A stretch of 64,000 nucleotides of DNA from an uncultured Fimbriimonadaceae bacterium. Lineage in GTDB: Bacteria; Armatimonadota; UBA10988. This document shows positions 38,957 through 48,560 of this stretch, piece after piece. The stretch covers positions 1 to 64,000 of the forward strand of contig CAZHGD010000012.1 of assembly GCA_964531735.1 (NCBI GenBank). The letters are read 5' to 3'. The notes beneath the pieces are model-generated. The model made no database searches, was not told where the DNA came from, and saw only the letters and a program-made list of their open reading frames with translations. How positions within the stretch are numbered: position 1 is the stretch's first letter; the number at the start of each line of letters is the position of its first letter. A program made the position numbers and the translations under genes.

Positions 38957-41362
38957 ATGCAGACGGTACATCCGCTACTCGTCAACCGTGAACCACACAG
39001 CAGTCAGGGGCTGCGGTGGCAGAAATTGGTGGAGCCCACGCTCGCGTGCATCCAGCCGGCATACGACGGCGAGTTGTTCATCGGCGACTGCCGCTTGGCG
39101 CCGTCGGAATGGTACCGCACCGAGGAGTTGGTCACGCGCGAAGAGAAGAACCGCTTCACCGTGCGTGGCTTCGTCTTCGAGCGCACCGGCGTCGACGGTG
39201 ATCGCCCGATTGGCTGGGTGCAAGTACGCCACGATGTGTCGGCCAAGCTCTGCCATGGCAGCCTTTGTGAGGCCCTGCTGGCGCCACCCAGACGGCTGAC
39301 CAGCCGGCTCTTCCGCCTCCAGACTTCCGAACTGGCCGCGGTGTATGGCGTGGCCGGACTGGATGTCGCCAGCTACGTCAAGCCACTACCCAATGCGGGC
39401 GCCTTCCTAGAGGCGGCGGTGTACATGGCCCTGATGGCTGCCGTGCGTTTTGGTGGGCGCCCGCTCGGCCCTATTGAGCTGGCCGTTGCCCAACGCCGGT
39501 TCCTGGCTCGTCGCGGCAGGCATCTCGAGGATGACGAGATCCGCTGCGGCCAGCTTCGCCCTCGTGACCTCGTGACGCTGCTCAGTGATGCCAGCCTAAC
39601 CGGGTGCAGCGCCATCCACCACGTCGCCAGGCTGGACGCCGGTGACCCGGCGGCCGACCGCGCCTGGATCGTCGAACTCACCTGGTATGTCAGCGCAGGC
39701 TTGCCGGTTCTGTGTCTCGTAGACCCGGCGCGCCTGCATCACACCGAGGGTGACGGAGCCGAGTCGGCCCACGCCATCGTGATCGTCGGCCATGGCCGCG
39801 ACGACCTTCGGCGCCAGACCCTGGTGTACATGGATCCAGGCGAGCTTTCTGGGCCTTATATGCAGTGCACCATTCATGACCTGATGGATGCCGCGAAGGG
39901 CTTCGCGATGCACAACGGCGGCACCATGCAGGCGGTCGTACTGGCGCCGCTGGGCGCGGTCGGCCCGCTCATCTGCGACGATGTCGGCCGGCTGCTGGGT
40001 ACAGACCCACGCCCGCTGGGCATGCAGGTGGAGTTGCTGGCGCGGAAAGAGATCGCGCCTCGCCTCGCGCACATGGCTTTCGAAATGAACCTACAGGCCA
40101 AGGATCAGTGGCCGCGCAACCAACGTGGGGCAGTGTCGGCCTGCGCTGAGGCGGTACGCGCCCGCCAACAGCCTGAGCCGGCCTACGCCTGGCTACTCAC
40201 CCGAATGATGCCACGCGAACTGCGTCGGGACCTCGCCGGAAACCAGGCTCTGGGTCTGGTTCTTGACGCCACCGACCCGGTGCAGTCTAGGCCGCTCTGG
40301 CGTCTGGCCTGGAATGCGGTCGGCGAAAGCGGCGGCGGTCTGGCGCTTGACCCGCTACGGCCTACCGGGGCCGCGGGCAGCATCAGTCCAGGTGAGCCGC
40401 CACAGCCCTGGCAGGGCTCGCCAGACCACACCCGGCGGAAGAAGACCACACCAGCCGTCATCACGTCATGCTTTGCGCTCGGCCTCGACGAGTGTTTCGG
40501 CACTCTCCGGGAGCTGGGTGTCCAGGCGGTGGACATCTACCTGCCATCCGAAACCGACGGCCCGCTCTATGGGCAAGCCTGGGACGCGACGCACCGGTCC
40601 ATGCGGCACGACTTCGTCCCACCCCTGGCCAAACAGATCGGCGAACTGCTGCGCCATCACCGCCTAAAAGTGGTGGCCATCACCACCTCATTCAATGACG
40701 TCGCGGAGCCGGTGATCCGAGACGAGCAGCAGAACGCTGTCAGTTCTCTGGTGGCCGCCTTGAGGCTGGCCGACGAGCTCAAAGTCGCGACCGTCGAGGC
40801 GCGGGCCGGGCTGTGTGTCTACCATGACACCCAGGACCGTCTCGTCTATGACGACGACGAAGGCGGCATCAAGCGCTTGCTGGCATCGCTGACCCAAGTG
40901 GCGAAGAAGCGGGCCGAGCTAGGCATCAGCGCGGTGCTGGCACTGGAACCAGAGCCTGGCGAGCTGTTTGTGCTGCGCTCCATCGCGCAACTACGCTCGC
41001 TCGCCCGTGCAGTCAACGAGAGCGACGTACTGGCCGGCGTGGTCGGGCTGAATCTTGACATCGGTCACCTGCGCATCTGGAACAACGGCGGAACCATCCG
41101 TCCTGACGATCTACTGGACGACAACCAGCAGCCACTCCTGCCCATCTACGGTTGTCACGTATCTGACCATATCCTCAGGCACTGGGCGGATCTTCCGCTG
41201 GGCACGTTCCACCGTACCGAATCACTAAAGGAGTGGCTGGACTTCTACCAGACATTCTGCCGGGCCAGCCGTCCACACGTTTCGGTCGAACTGGAACGTG
41301 GCGGTCCCATTCACACCGTCGGGCGAAGCTATCGGGCGCTCAGACACGCGCTCGACAGGTAG
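38957..41362 (+). CDS. Fusion protein (801 aa): N-terminal domain of unknown function (possible papain-like Cys/His fold) plus C-terminal xylose-isomerase-like TIM barrel (sugar phosphate isomerase/epimerase family)
   Basis: TAGGAGG RBS 7 nt before the ATG at 38957. C-terminal motifs ALEPEPGE and LNLDIGH are typical of the AP-endonuclease-2/xylose-isomerase-like TIM barrel. The N-terminal region carries conserved Cys and HAIVIVGHG-type His blocks. Confidence 0.75.
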   Translation: MQTVHPLLVNREPHSSQGLRWQKLVEPTLACIQPAYDGELFIGDCRLAPSEWYRTEELVTREEKNRFTVRGFVFERTGVDGDRPIGWVQVRHDVSAKLCHGSLCEALLAPPRRLTSRLFRLQTSELAAVYGVAGLDVASYVKPLPNAGAFLEAAVYMALMAAVRFGGRPLGPIELAVAQRRFLARRGRHLEDDEIRCGQLRPRDLVTLLSDASLTGCSAIHHVARLDAGDPAADRAWIVELTWYVSAGLPVLCLVDPARLHHTEGDGAESAHAIVIVGHGRDDLRRQTLVYMDPGELSGPYMQCTIHDLMDAAKGFAMHNGGTMQAVVLAPLGAVGPLICDDVGRLLGTDPRPLGMQVELLARKEIAPRLAHMAFEMNLQAKDQWPRNQRGAVSACAEAVRARQQPEPAYAWLLTRMMPRELRRDLAGNQALGLVLDATDPVQSRPLWRLAWNAVGESGGGLALDPLRPTGAAGSISPGEPPQPWQGSPDHTRRKKTTPAVITSCFALGLDECFGTLRELGVQAVDIYLPSETDGPLYGQAWDATHRSMRHDFVPPLAKQIGELLRHHRLKVVAITTSFNDVAEPVIRDEQQNAVSSLVAALRLADELKVATVEARAGLCVYHDTQDRLVYDDDEGGIKRLLASLTQVAKKRAELGISAVLALEPEPGELFVLRSIAQLRSLARAVNESDVLAGVVGLNLDIGHLRIWNNGGTIRPDDLLDDNQQPLLPIYGCHVSDHILRHWADLPLGTFHRTESLKEWLDFYQTFCRASRPHVSVELERGGPIHTVGRSYRALRHALDR

Positions 41363-41394
41363 ACTGCCTGACGCGGGCGAGGCGCCATCCGCTC

Positions 41395-43920
41395 CTACCT
41401 CGCCTCCAGGTCGAACAGGCCCTGCTCGCGGCGCTTCAGGTCACCGGGGCCCATCGGCCCGCCGGGCAGCACTTCGCGGGGCTTGCTGCCACGGCCGGGA
41501 CCGACGATGCCCAGTTGGTGCATCTGGTCCATGATGCGGCCCGCGCGGTTGAAACCGATGCCGTGGGTGCGTTGGAGACGCGACGTCGACGCGATGCCCT
41601 CGCGGCGGACGAAGTCGACGCACTCCCAGAACCGCTCGTCCAGGTCCATGTCCTCGACGCGGTCGTCTTCGGGTCCCTCGTCGTCGGCGGCAATCGGCTG
41701 AATGATGCTCTCGGCGTACTTCACGCGCAGCGTCGACGGCATCGCCTGCAGGTACTCCACCAGCCGGTGGACTTGGTGCTCATCTACGAACGCGCCCTGC
41801 ATCCGCTCGGGCTTGCTGCCGTCGATCGGGTTGTAGAGCATGTCGCCGCGGCCGATCAGGCGCTCGGCGCCGACTTGGTCGAGGATGACGCGGCTGTCCA
41901 CCTGCTGCGCCACGCTGAACGCCACGCGGGTACCGATGTTGGCCTTGATCTGGCCGGTGACCACGTTCACCGCCGGGCGCTGCGTGGCCACCACCAGGTG
42001 GATGCCGGTGGCGCGCGCGAGCTGGGCCAGGCGGCAGATGCTGGCCTCGACCGCCGCGCGGGCGAGCATCATCAGCTCGGCGAGCTCGTCGATGATGATC
42101 ACCAGATAGGGCATGCGCTCTTCTTCGTCCACCTGCTGGTTGTAGCTGGCGACGTTGCGCACGCCGAGGTCGTGCATGCGGTCGTAGCGGGCCATCATCT
42201 CGTGGACCGCGCCGCGCAACAGGTCGGCGGCGTCCTCGGGGTCGGTCACCACCGGCCGGTCGAGGTGCGGAATGCCGTCGTAGAGCGTCAGCTCCACGCG
42301 CTTCGGGTCGATCATCAGGAACCGCAGGTCGCGTGGCGACAGCCGGTAGATCAGCGAGATGATCAGGCAGTTGAGACAGACCGACTTGCCCGAGTTGGTG
42401 GTGCCGGCCACCAGTACGTGCGGCATGCGCGTCAGTTCGGCAATGCGGATGCCGCCGGCGATGTCCTTGCCCAGGACGAACGGCAGCGGACCCGGGGCGT
42501 TGCGGAACTCCTTCGACAGCAGCAGCGGGTGCAGGTGTACGGTCTCGCGGTTCTGGTTGGGCACTTCGATGCCGATGACGCCTTTGCCGGGCACCGGGGC
42601 CTCGATGCGGATACCGGTGGAGGCCAGTGCCATGGCGATGTCGTCGGCCAGCACGGCGACCTTGCTGACGCGGATGCCGGGCGCCAGTTCCATCTCGTAG
42701 CGGGTGACCGTCGGGCCGACCTCGGTGTTGACCACCTTGGCCTGGATGCGGAAGCTGTCGAGCGTGGCTTCCAGGCGCTGGCTGTTGGCCAGGATCTCGC
42801 CGGTCCGGTCGGGCGGTGGCGCAGCGCGCGGCGGCTCCACGAGTTGCAGCGGCGGGAGCTTGTAGGTGGTCGGCTCGCCGTCGGTGTACCAGGCCGCCTC
42901 GACCTCCGAGCGCTCCGGCGGCTCGGGCATGCCTGGCAGCGTGAGCTGGCGCGGATGGCCCTCGGGGTCCAACGGCACCGGCGGACGGACAATCCGTTCG
43001 GTTGGGTGCCAGCCGCTGGGCGTCTCGGCGGCGGTCTCCACCGGCTCGCCGACCGGCGGCGGAGCGGGGTTGAGCAGCGGCTCCGGCTCCGTGGCGGCAG
43101 GCAGCTCCGGGGCCGCCGTCGCGGCCATGGCCGGCGCCGTCGGCTCGGGCTCGGGCGCCACGGTCAGCGGGCGCGTGTCGCTGTCGTCGTAGTCGATCGG
43201 CTCGGCCGGATCGTCGCGCAGATAGAGCGGAATGGGCAGATCCGGCGGTGGTGGCGGCAACTCGGCCGGCGGTGCGTCGGCGATGGTGGCCCTGGTGCGG
43301 CGTGGCGCGCGCGCCGCGGGCGGCGCGGCGGCGCGGGCCGTCTCGGCGCGGCGTAGCGCGGCCTGGCGCAGCCATTCGCCCATGGCGTACCACAGGTCGC
43401 GAATCGGCCGCTCACTGCTCAGCACCAGTCCGGCGAGCAGCATCATGCCGAGCACGATGTCGCAGCCGACCGGCCCCATCAGCCGGCGGCAGACCAGCAC
43501 CAGCAGCAGGCCGACCCAGCCGCCGTGCTCCTGCACCGGCCAGAGCAGGGCCTGGCCGTTCTCGGCCATGGTCAGCTCTTCGTGCAGCGGCACGCGGTTG
43601 TGCCAGAGACCGGCGAGGGCCAACGCCGCCAGGGCCAGGCCGACACCGGAGACCGGCGCGGGCGGCGCGCCGCCGCGGAACAGCCACAGCGTGCCCGCGA
43701 AGAACAGCAGGAACGGCACGGCGTTGGTCAGCCGGCCGAGAATGAGCCGCAGCAGCTCCACCGTACCGGCCAGCAACGGCCCGGCGTCGGCCGTGTGCAA
43801 GCCGGCCAGGAGCAGCGCGCCGAGGGTCAACAGGCCCAGCCCGACCAGGTCGCCGCCGCGGCGCGACGGGCCGGGCGAGTCGGGACGATCCGTGCGTGGT
43901 TTGCGGTTCACAGAAGCCAT
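41395..43920 (-). CDS. ftsK: DNA translocase FtsK/SpoIIIE
   Basis: N-terminal TM segments. Pro-rich linker. Walker A GTTNSGKS, Walker B IIIDELAEL, and a C-terminal gamma winged-helix domain. The antisense 707-aa ORF is rejected. Confidence 0.9.
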   Translation of the reverse strand: MASVNRKPRTDRPDSPGPSRRGGDLVGLGLLTLGALLLAGLHTADAGPLLAGTVELLRLILGRLTNAVPFLLFFAGTLWLFRGGAPPAPVSGVGLALAALALAGLWHNRVPLHEELTMAENGQALLWPVQEHGGWVGLLLVLVCRRLMGPVGCDIVLGMMLLAGLVLSSERPIRDLWYAMGEWLRQAALRRAETARAAAPPAARAPRRTRATIADAPPAELPPPPPDLPIPLYLRDDPAEPIDYDDSDTRPLTVAPEPEPTAPAMAATAAPELPAATEPEPLLNPAPPPVGEPVETAAETPSGWHPTERIVRPPVPLDPEGHPRQLTLPGMPEPPERSEVEAAWYTDGEPTTYKLPPLQLVEPPRAAPPPDRTGEILANSQRLEATLDSFRIQAKVVNTEVGPTVTRYEMELAPGIRVSKVAVLADDIAMALASTGIRIEAPVPGKGVIGIEVPNQNRETVHLHPLLLSKEFRNAPGPLPFVLGKDIAGGIRIAELTRMPHVLVAGTTNSGKSVCLNCLIISLIYRLSPRDLRFLMIDPKRVELTLYDGIPHLDRPVVTDPEDAADLLRGAVHEMMARYDRMHDLGVRNVASYNQQVDEEERMPYLVIIIDELAELMMLARAAVEASICRLAQLARATGIHLVVATQRPAVNVVTGQIKANIGTRVAFSVAQQVDSRVILDQVGAERLIGRGDMLYNPIDGSKPERMQGAFVDEHQVHRLVEYLQAMPSTLRVKYAESIIQPIAADDEGPEDDRVEDMDLDERFWECVDFVRREGIASTSRLQRTHGIGFNRAGRIMDQMHQLGIVGPGRGSKPREVLPGGPMGPGDLKRREQGLFDLEAR

Positions 43921-44090
43921 GGGATACTCGCGGTGATTCGACAGCGACCGGGCTGGGAGGTTCCTCGGCGAGGCCGGCGAACGACCCGTCAGACACCGAT
44001 GAGCAGGGAGCACAGACCGCGCCTCGACGCCGGTTGACGCTCGCCGGCCGGGCTGCCTCCGGCCGCCATGTGGAACCAGGACAGAGCACC

Positions 44091-45548
44091 ATGGGCATCC
44101 AGTTTGAACTCGACTACCGCTACCTCATGACCGACCATGTCGGCGCGGCACACGGCCTGCGCGCCGATGACATCACGGCGCTGCAGCCGCTGTTCAACCG
44201 CATCCATCAGCAGATCGGCGCCGACGTCACGCCGGGCGGCAAGCACCGCGAGCTGGGCTTCTTCGACCTGCCGGACACGCAGGTCTCCGTGGCCGACGAG
44301 CTGGTGAAGACGGCCGCCGAGTTCAGCGGCCTGGCGGACGCGCATGTCGTGCTGGGCATCGGCGGCTCCTACCTGGGCGCCCGGATGCTGTTCGAGGCGC
44401 TCTGCCACAAGTTCCACAACGAGTTGCCGGCCGACCGCCGCAAGGCGCCGCGCATCTACTTCGAAGGCAACAGCGTCGACAACGACGCGTTTGTCGACCT
44501 GCTCGACCTGCTCGAGGGCCAACCGGTCACCGCGCACGTGGTGTCCAAGTCGGGCGGCACGCTCGAGACCGGCATGGCGTTCCGCCTGCTGCGCCAGCGG
44601 CTGGGCGACCGCGTCGCCGCCTGGGCGGTGACCACCGGGCACAAGACGCGACTCGACCGGTTTGTCGCGCAGCGGCAACTCCAAGGGCTGCGTGTGTTCG
44701 ACTTGCCGGACAACGTGGGCGGCCGGTTCTCGGTGCTCTGCCCGGTCGGCCTGTTCCCGGCGGCGATGATGGGCCTCGACGTCCACGCCATCCTCGACGG
44801 CGCCCGCGCCATGCGCGACCGCTGTGCGGCGACGGCCGACGTGCTGGACAACCCGGCCTACCTCTACGCCGCGCTGCAGTACCTGTCGCTGCTGCGAGGC
44901 CGCAACATCTCGGTGCTGTCGGTCTGGTCCAAGTGCCTCGAGTCCTTCGGGCTCTGGCTCGACCAGCTCTCGGCCGAAAGCCTCGGCAAGGATGGCCTGG
45001 GCCGGACGCCGCTGACCGCCGTGTGCACGCGCGAGCTGCACTCGCGCGGGCAGCAGCACCAGGAAGGCACGCGCGACAAGGTCGTGTGCAACCTGGTCGC
45101 CCAACGGCCGGGCCGCGAGCCGCTGGCGGCCGCCGCCGAGCCGGGCGACGATGAAGAGCGCGCCATCTACGCGTCCGGCCGCAAGCCGACCAAGGAAGAG
45201 GCGTCGGCGACCGACGGCTACTTCTACGCGGTGGGCCGCTCGCTGCCGGAGATCAACGATCTGGCCTACCAGGCCACCGACACCGCGTACGTCAAGGCGC
45301 AGCGGCCGGGCATGACCATGCGCATCGGCGCCATCGACGAGGCGCACCTCGGCGCGCTGATCTTCCTGTTCGAGCTGGCCACGCTGGTGGAGGGCCGCCT
45401 GATGGGCGTCAATCCGCTCAACCAGCCGGGCGTCCAGGACTACAAAGACTACCTGACGGGTTTGCTCGATGCGCCCGGTGGTGAGCGCTACGGCGCCGAA
45501 TGCCGCGCGCTGCGCTCGGGTGACAACCCGTTCGTGGTGCGCGCGTAG
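44091..45548 (+). CDS. pgi: Glucose-6-phosphate isomerase
   Basis: Phosphoglucose isomerase signatures LGIGGSYLGARM and HVVSKSGGTLET, and a C-terminal PGI block. Start at ATG 44091. Confidence 0.88.
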   Translation: MGIQFELDYRYLMTDHVGAAHGLRADDITALQPLFNRIHQQIGADVTPGGKHRELGFFDLPDTQVSVADELVKTAAEFSGLADAHVVLGIGGSYLGARMLFEALCHKFHNELPADRRKAPRIYFEGNSVDNDAFVDLLDLLEGQPVTAHVVSKSGGTLETGMAFRLLRQRLGDRVAAWAVTTGHKTRLDRFVAQRQLQGLRVFDLPDNVGGRFSVLCPVGLFPAAMMGLDVHAILDGARAMRDRCAATADVLDNPAYLYAALQYLSLLRGRNISVLSVWSKCLESFGLWLDQLSAESLGKDGLGRTPLTAVCTRELHSRGQQHQEGTRDKVVCNLVAQRPGREPLAAAAEPGDDEERAIYASGRKPTKEEASATDGYFYAVGRSLPEINDLAYQATDTAYVKAQRPGMTMRIGAIDEAHLGALIFLFELATLVEGRLMGVNPLNQPGVQDYKDYLTGLLDAPGGERYGAECRALRSGDNPFVVRA

Positions 45549-45596
45549 GCCGGCCGAAGTCGCACCAGCCTGGGGTGGCGCGAGCCCGCCCCAGGC

Positions 45597-45890
45597 TCAG
45601 GCGCGGCTGGCCGCCCACGCGCGCAGCGCCTCGCGGACGGTCACGTAGGCCGGTGGCGGCGGCACCTCGAAGCTCATCGGGCGGCCGTCGCGCGGATGCA
45701 CGAAGCGGATGCGCACCGCGTGCAGCGCTTGGCCGGGCAGTTGCGCCACCGCTGCGGCCACCGGTTCGGGTAACGGGCCATAGGCGGCGCGCCGTTTGGT
45801 GCCGTAGACCTTGTCGCCCAGCAGGGGATGGCCCAGGTAGTTGCAGTGGACGCGCACCTGGTGGGTGCGGCCGCTGTGCAAGCGGCACAG
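45597..45890 (-). pseudogene. Duplicated 3' fragment of rluD (about 98 codons), not attached to an N-terminal half
   Basis: Encodes LCRLHSGRTHQVRVHCNYLGHPLLGDKVYGTKRRAAYGPLPEPVAAAVAQLPGQAL..., matching the C-terminus of the full-length rluD at 47082-48107. Positions 45720-45890 are identical to 47211-47381. Upstream ORF sequence is unrelated. Confidence 0.65.
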
Positions 45891-45991
45891 TGGGCGGTGG
45901 CGCGGTGGGCCTGGCTTCACAAGCGCGGAGCGCCAGCGGCTGGGGCCGCAGACAAGTGCACTGTCACCAGAACTCAGCCCGTCATCGGCAG

Positions 45992-46426
45992 TCAGCCAAG
46001 AAGCGCGCCATCGCGATCGGTGGACTTGCCGCGAATCACGATCGGGCCGTCCCGTCGTATGGCGTTGTCGATGCACTCGTGACACCACATCATGTGCATG
46101 TCCGCGGGCGCCCCAGGAACGTCGTCACTGACGTCCAGGATCGCCGCATAGTCGTCCGTAGTGTCGAGCACCAGGCCGCATCTGCCACAACGCTCGAAGA
46201 AGCGGCCAGACATCTCGTCCTTCCACCTCAGCTTCAATGTTGCACCCTTTCGGGGTGTCAAAGCTGGGGATGGTCTCGCGCTACGGGCCGCATCAGGGAC
46301 CCGCACCTTCTCGCCGCAGCGGCACTTACCGATGACACCGGCCTTGTCGTCCGGGACGGAGTGTGTAGCACCACAGCCGGGGCACTTGAACTCGATCGGC
46401 ATCGGAAGGTCTCCCGCTTGTCCCAT
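45992..46426 (-). CDS. Hypothetical double zinc-ribbon protein
   Basis: CPGCG...CRCG and CGRCG...CHEC cysteine pairs. Start chosen at MGQAGDLPMPIEFKCPGCG. Lower local GC. Confidence 0.5.
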   Translation of the reverse strand: MGQAGDLPMPIEFKCPGCGATHSVPDDKAGVIGKCRCGEKVRVPDAARSARPSPALTPRKGATLKLRWKDEMSGRFFERCGRCGLVLDTTDDYAAILDVSDDVPGAPADMHMMWCHECIDNAIRRDGPIVIRGKSTDRDGALLG

Positions 46427-46490
46427 GTCCCCCCCGGCACGGGCTTCACCGGCCCGTCGTTTTGCCCTCTCCGGCTTCGCCAGGGCTGGC

Positions 46491-46955
46491 CTACATCGTG
46501 CCGCCATGGGCTTTGAGCAGGGCGATTACCGCGGCGTGTTGCGTGTAACCTGTCTCCACCGCCCATTGGAGTGCAGTCCAGCCGTCGTCAGTGTGTGACG
46601 AGGATCTGGCATTCACCTCAGCCCCTCTGTCCAGTAGTAGCTTTGCCACCTTTGTGTGGCCGAATGTGGCGGCTGCAATCAGGGCGGTGCGGCCACCCGT
46701 AACGTAGTTGGCATCACCACCCCGGTCCAAGAGCAGCCGAACCACCTCGGTGTGGCCGCTGGCGGCGGCTGCGTCCAATGGGCCATAGGCATGCGGGGTC
46801 GGCGGGGCATTGACGTCGGCCCCCCTCTCCAGGAGTTGCTTGACCTCTTTGATGTGGCCTTCGGCAGCAGCCTCCTGCAGCAATTTGGAGAGCTGTTCTG
46901 CGCTGCAGTCCGACTTGTCATTGGAGGCGAACGCCCGGCGCATCCACTCGAGCAT
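46491..46955 (-). CDS. Ankyrin-repeat protein (about 155 aa, at least 3 repeats)
   Basis: Ankyrin repeats: GHIKEVKQLLERGADVNA, GHTEVVRLLLDRGGDAN, TALIAAATFGHTKVAKLLLDRGAEVNA. GGAG RBS before the ATG at 46955. Lower GC than its surroundings. Confidence 0.7.
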   Translation of the reverse strand: MLEWMRRAFASNDKSDCSAEQLSKLLQEAAAEGHIKEVKQLLERGADVNAPPTPHAYGPLDAAAASGHTEVVRLLLDRGGDANYVTGGRTALIAAATFGHTKVAKLLLDRGAEVNARSSSHTDDGWTALQWAVETGYTQHAAVIALLKAHGGTM

Positions 46956-47081
46956 GGTGATCTCCGCCACGGCGGTTCGCCGAACCGGTGGCCTCTTCCT
47001 CCTGCGCAGCGCGCAGGGCAGACTGTTGCCCACCATCAAGGAGTTCGACGTTACTCGTGGCGTGGCGGGCACTAGCCCGCC

Positions 47082-48107
47082 CTACTGCTGCTGCGCCCCG
47101 CACGACATCTCCCGCAACGCCGCCCGCACCGCCTCGAACTCCGCTGGCGGCGACACTTCGAAGGTCATCTCGCGCCCGTCGCTGGGGTGCAGAAAGCGTA
47201 TCCGCCAGGCGTGCAGCGCTTGGCCGGGCAGTTGCGCCACCGCTGCGGCCACCGGTTCGGGTAACGGGCCATAGGCGGCGCGCCGTTTGGTGCCGTAGAC
47301 CTTGTCGCCCAGCAGGGGATGGCCCAGGTAGTTGCAGTGGACGCGCACCTGGTGGGTGCGGCCGCTGTGCAAGCGGCACAGCAGCTCGGCGGCCAGGCCG
47401 TAGCGGGCTTGGCAGAACAGCGTGGTACGGGCGGGTTTGCCGTCTTCGCGGACCGCGATCTTCTCTTTCTGCGTCGGGTGGCGTCCGAGCGCCGCGTCGA
47501 TCGTGGTTTCGTCGAACGCCGGGTCGCCATGGACCAGCGCCAGGTACTCGCGCCCGGCGGTGCGTTCGCGCAGTTGCGCCTGCAGGCCCTGGTGGGCCTC
47601 GTCGTGCTTGGCCACCACCAGCAGGCCGGTGGTGTCTTTGTCCAGGCGGTGGACGATGCCCGGCCGGATGGCGCCGCCAATGCCCGACAGATCGTCACAA
47701 TGGGCCAGTAGCGCGTGCACGAGCGTGCCCGACCAGTGCCCGCGCGAAGGGTGGGTGACCATGCCGGCAGCCTTGTTGACCACCAGCAGGTCGGCGTCCT
47801 CGTAGACGATGTCGAGCGGGATCGGCTCGGGCTCGAGGGTCAGCGGCACCGGCGCCGGTATGGCCACCTCGATGACCTGGCCGGCTTTGGGCTGGAGGGC
47901 CGGCTTGCCCGGCTCGCCGTCGACTTGCACGTCGCCCGATTCGATCAGGCGCTTGCCCTGCGAGCGGGTGAGCTGCGGGCAGACCTCGGTGACCAGCAGG
48001 TCGAGACGCCGGCCGGCCTGGTCGTCGGTCACCGTCCAGACACAGGACTCAGGCAGGTCGGGCGTCGGATTGCTCGCGGCTGTCTTGGAGGTCACACCAC
48101 AGCACAT
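47082..48107 (-). CDS. rluD: 23S rRNA pseudouridine synthase, RluA/RluD family
   Basis: S4 domain at the N-terminus. Catalytic HRLDKDTTGLLVVAK motif. C-terminal RluD blocks. The start is uncertain: the ATG at 48107 overlaps lspA by 56 nt, and a GTG at 48095 or further downstream is possible. Confidence 0.85.
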   Translation of the reverse strand: MCCGVTSKTAASNPTPDLPESCVWTVTDDQAGRRLDLLVTEVCPQLTRSQGKRLIESGDVQVDGEPGKPALQPKAGQVIEVAIPAPVPLTLEPEPIPLDIVYEDADLLVVNKAAGMVTHPSRGHWSGTLVHALLAHCDDLSGIGGAIRPGIVHRLDKDTTGLLVVAKHDEAHQGLQAQLRERTAGREYLALVHGDPAFDETTIDAALGRHPTQKEKIAVREDGKPARTTLFCQARYGLAAELLCRLHSGRTHQVRVHCNYLGHPLLGDKVYGTKRRAAYGPLPEPVAAAVAQLPGQALHAWRIRFLHPSDGREMTFEVSPPAEFEAVRAALREMSCGAQQQ

Positions 48108-48534
48108 AGCACACGTAGACGGTCATCCCGCAGGTCACGCCGATGTCGGCAACGTTGAAGTCGGGCCAGACGAAGCCGATGCGGGCGATATGGAAATGGA
48201 TGAAGTCGACCACCTGGCCACCGCGCAGGACGCGGTCGACCAAGTTGCCCGCGGCCCCAGCAGCCACGAGGGCCAGGGCGTAGCACGGCAGCACCGGCAG
48301 GGCCAGCACCTGCCGCCGGAAGTAGACCACCGCGCCCAGCGCGCCGAGGCCAATCAGCACGAACAGCCAGCGCGCGCCGTTGAGAATGCCGAAGGCGGCG
48401 CCGCTGTTACTGGTCAGGGTCAGGTCAAGCCAACCGGGCACCACGGTGACGTGGTGCCCGGGCACACGGAACAGATGCACGACCAGCAGTTTGGTGGCCT
48501 GGTCCAGCAGGAGCCAGGCCACGGCCACGCCCAC
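48049..48534 (-). CDS. lspA: Lipoprotein signal peptidase II
   Basis: NSGAAFG, VVDFI and FNVADIGVT signature blocks. Start ambiguous: GTG at 48534, or ATG at 48609 overlapping the upstream gene. Confidence 0.85.
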   Translation of the reverse strand: MGVAVAWLLLDQATKLLVVHLFRVPGHHVTVVPGWLDLTLTSNSGAAFGILNGARWLFVLIGLGALGAVVYFRRQVLALPVLPCYALALVAAGAAGNLVDRVLRGGQVVDFIHFHIARIGFVWPDFNVADIGVTCGMTVYVCYVLWCDLQDSREQSDARPA

Positions 48535-48560
48535 GAACCGACTGGCTCGTACCGTGGGCG

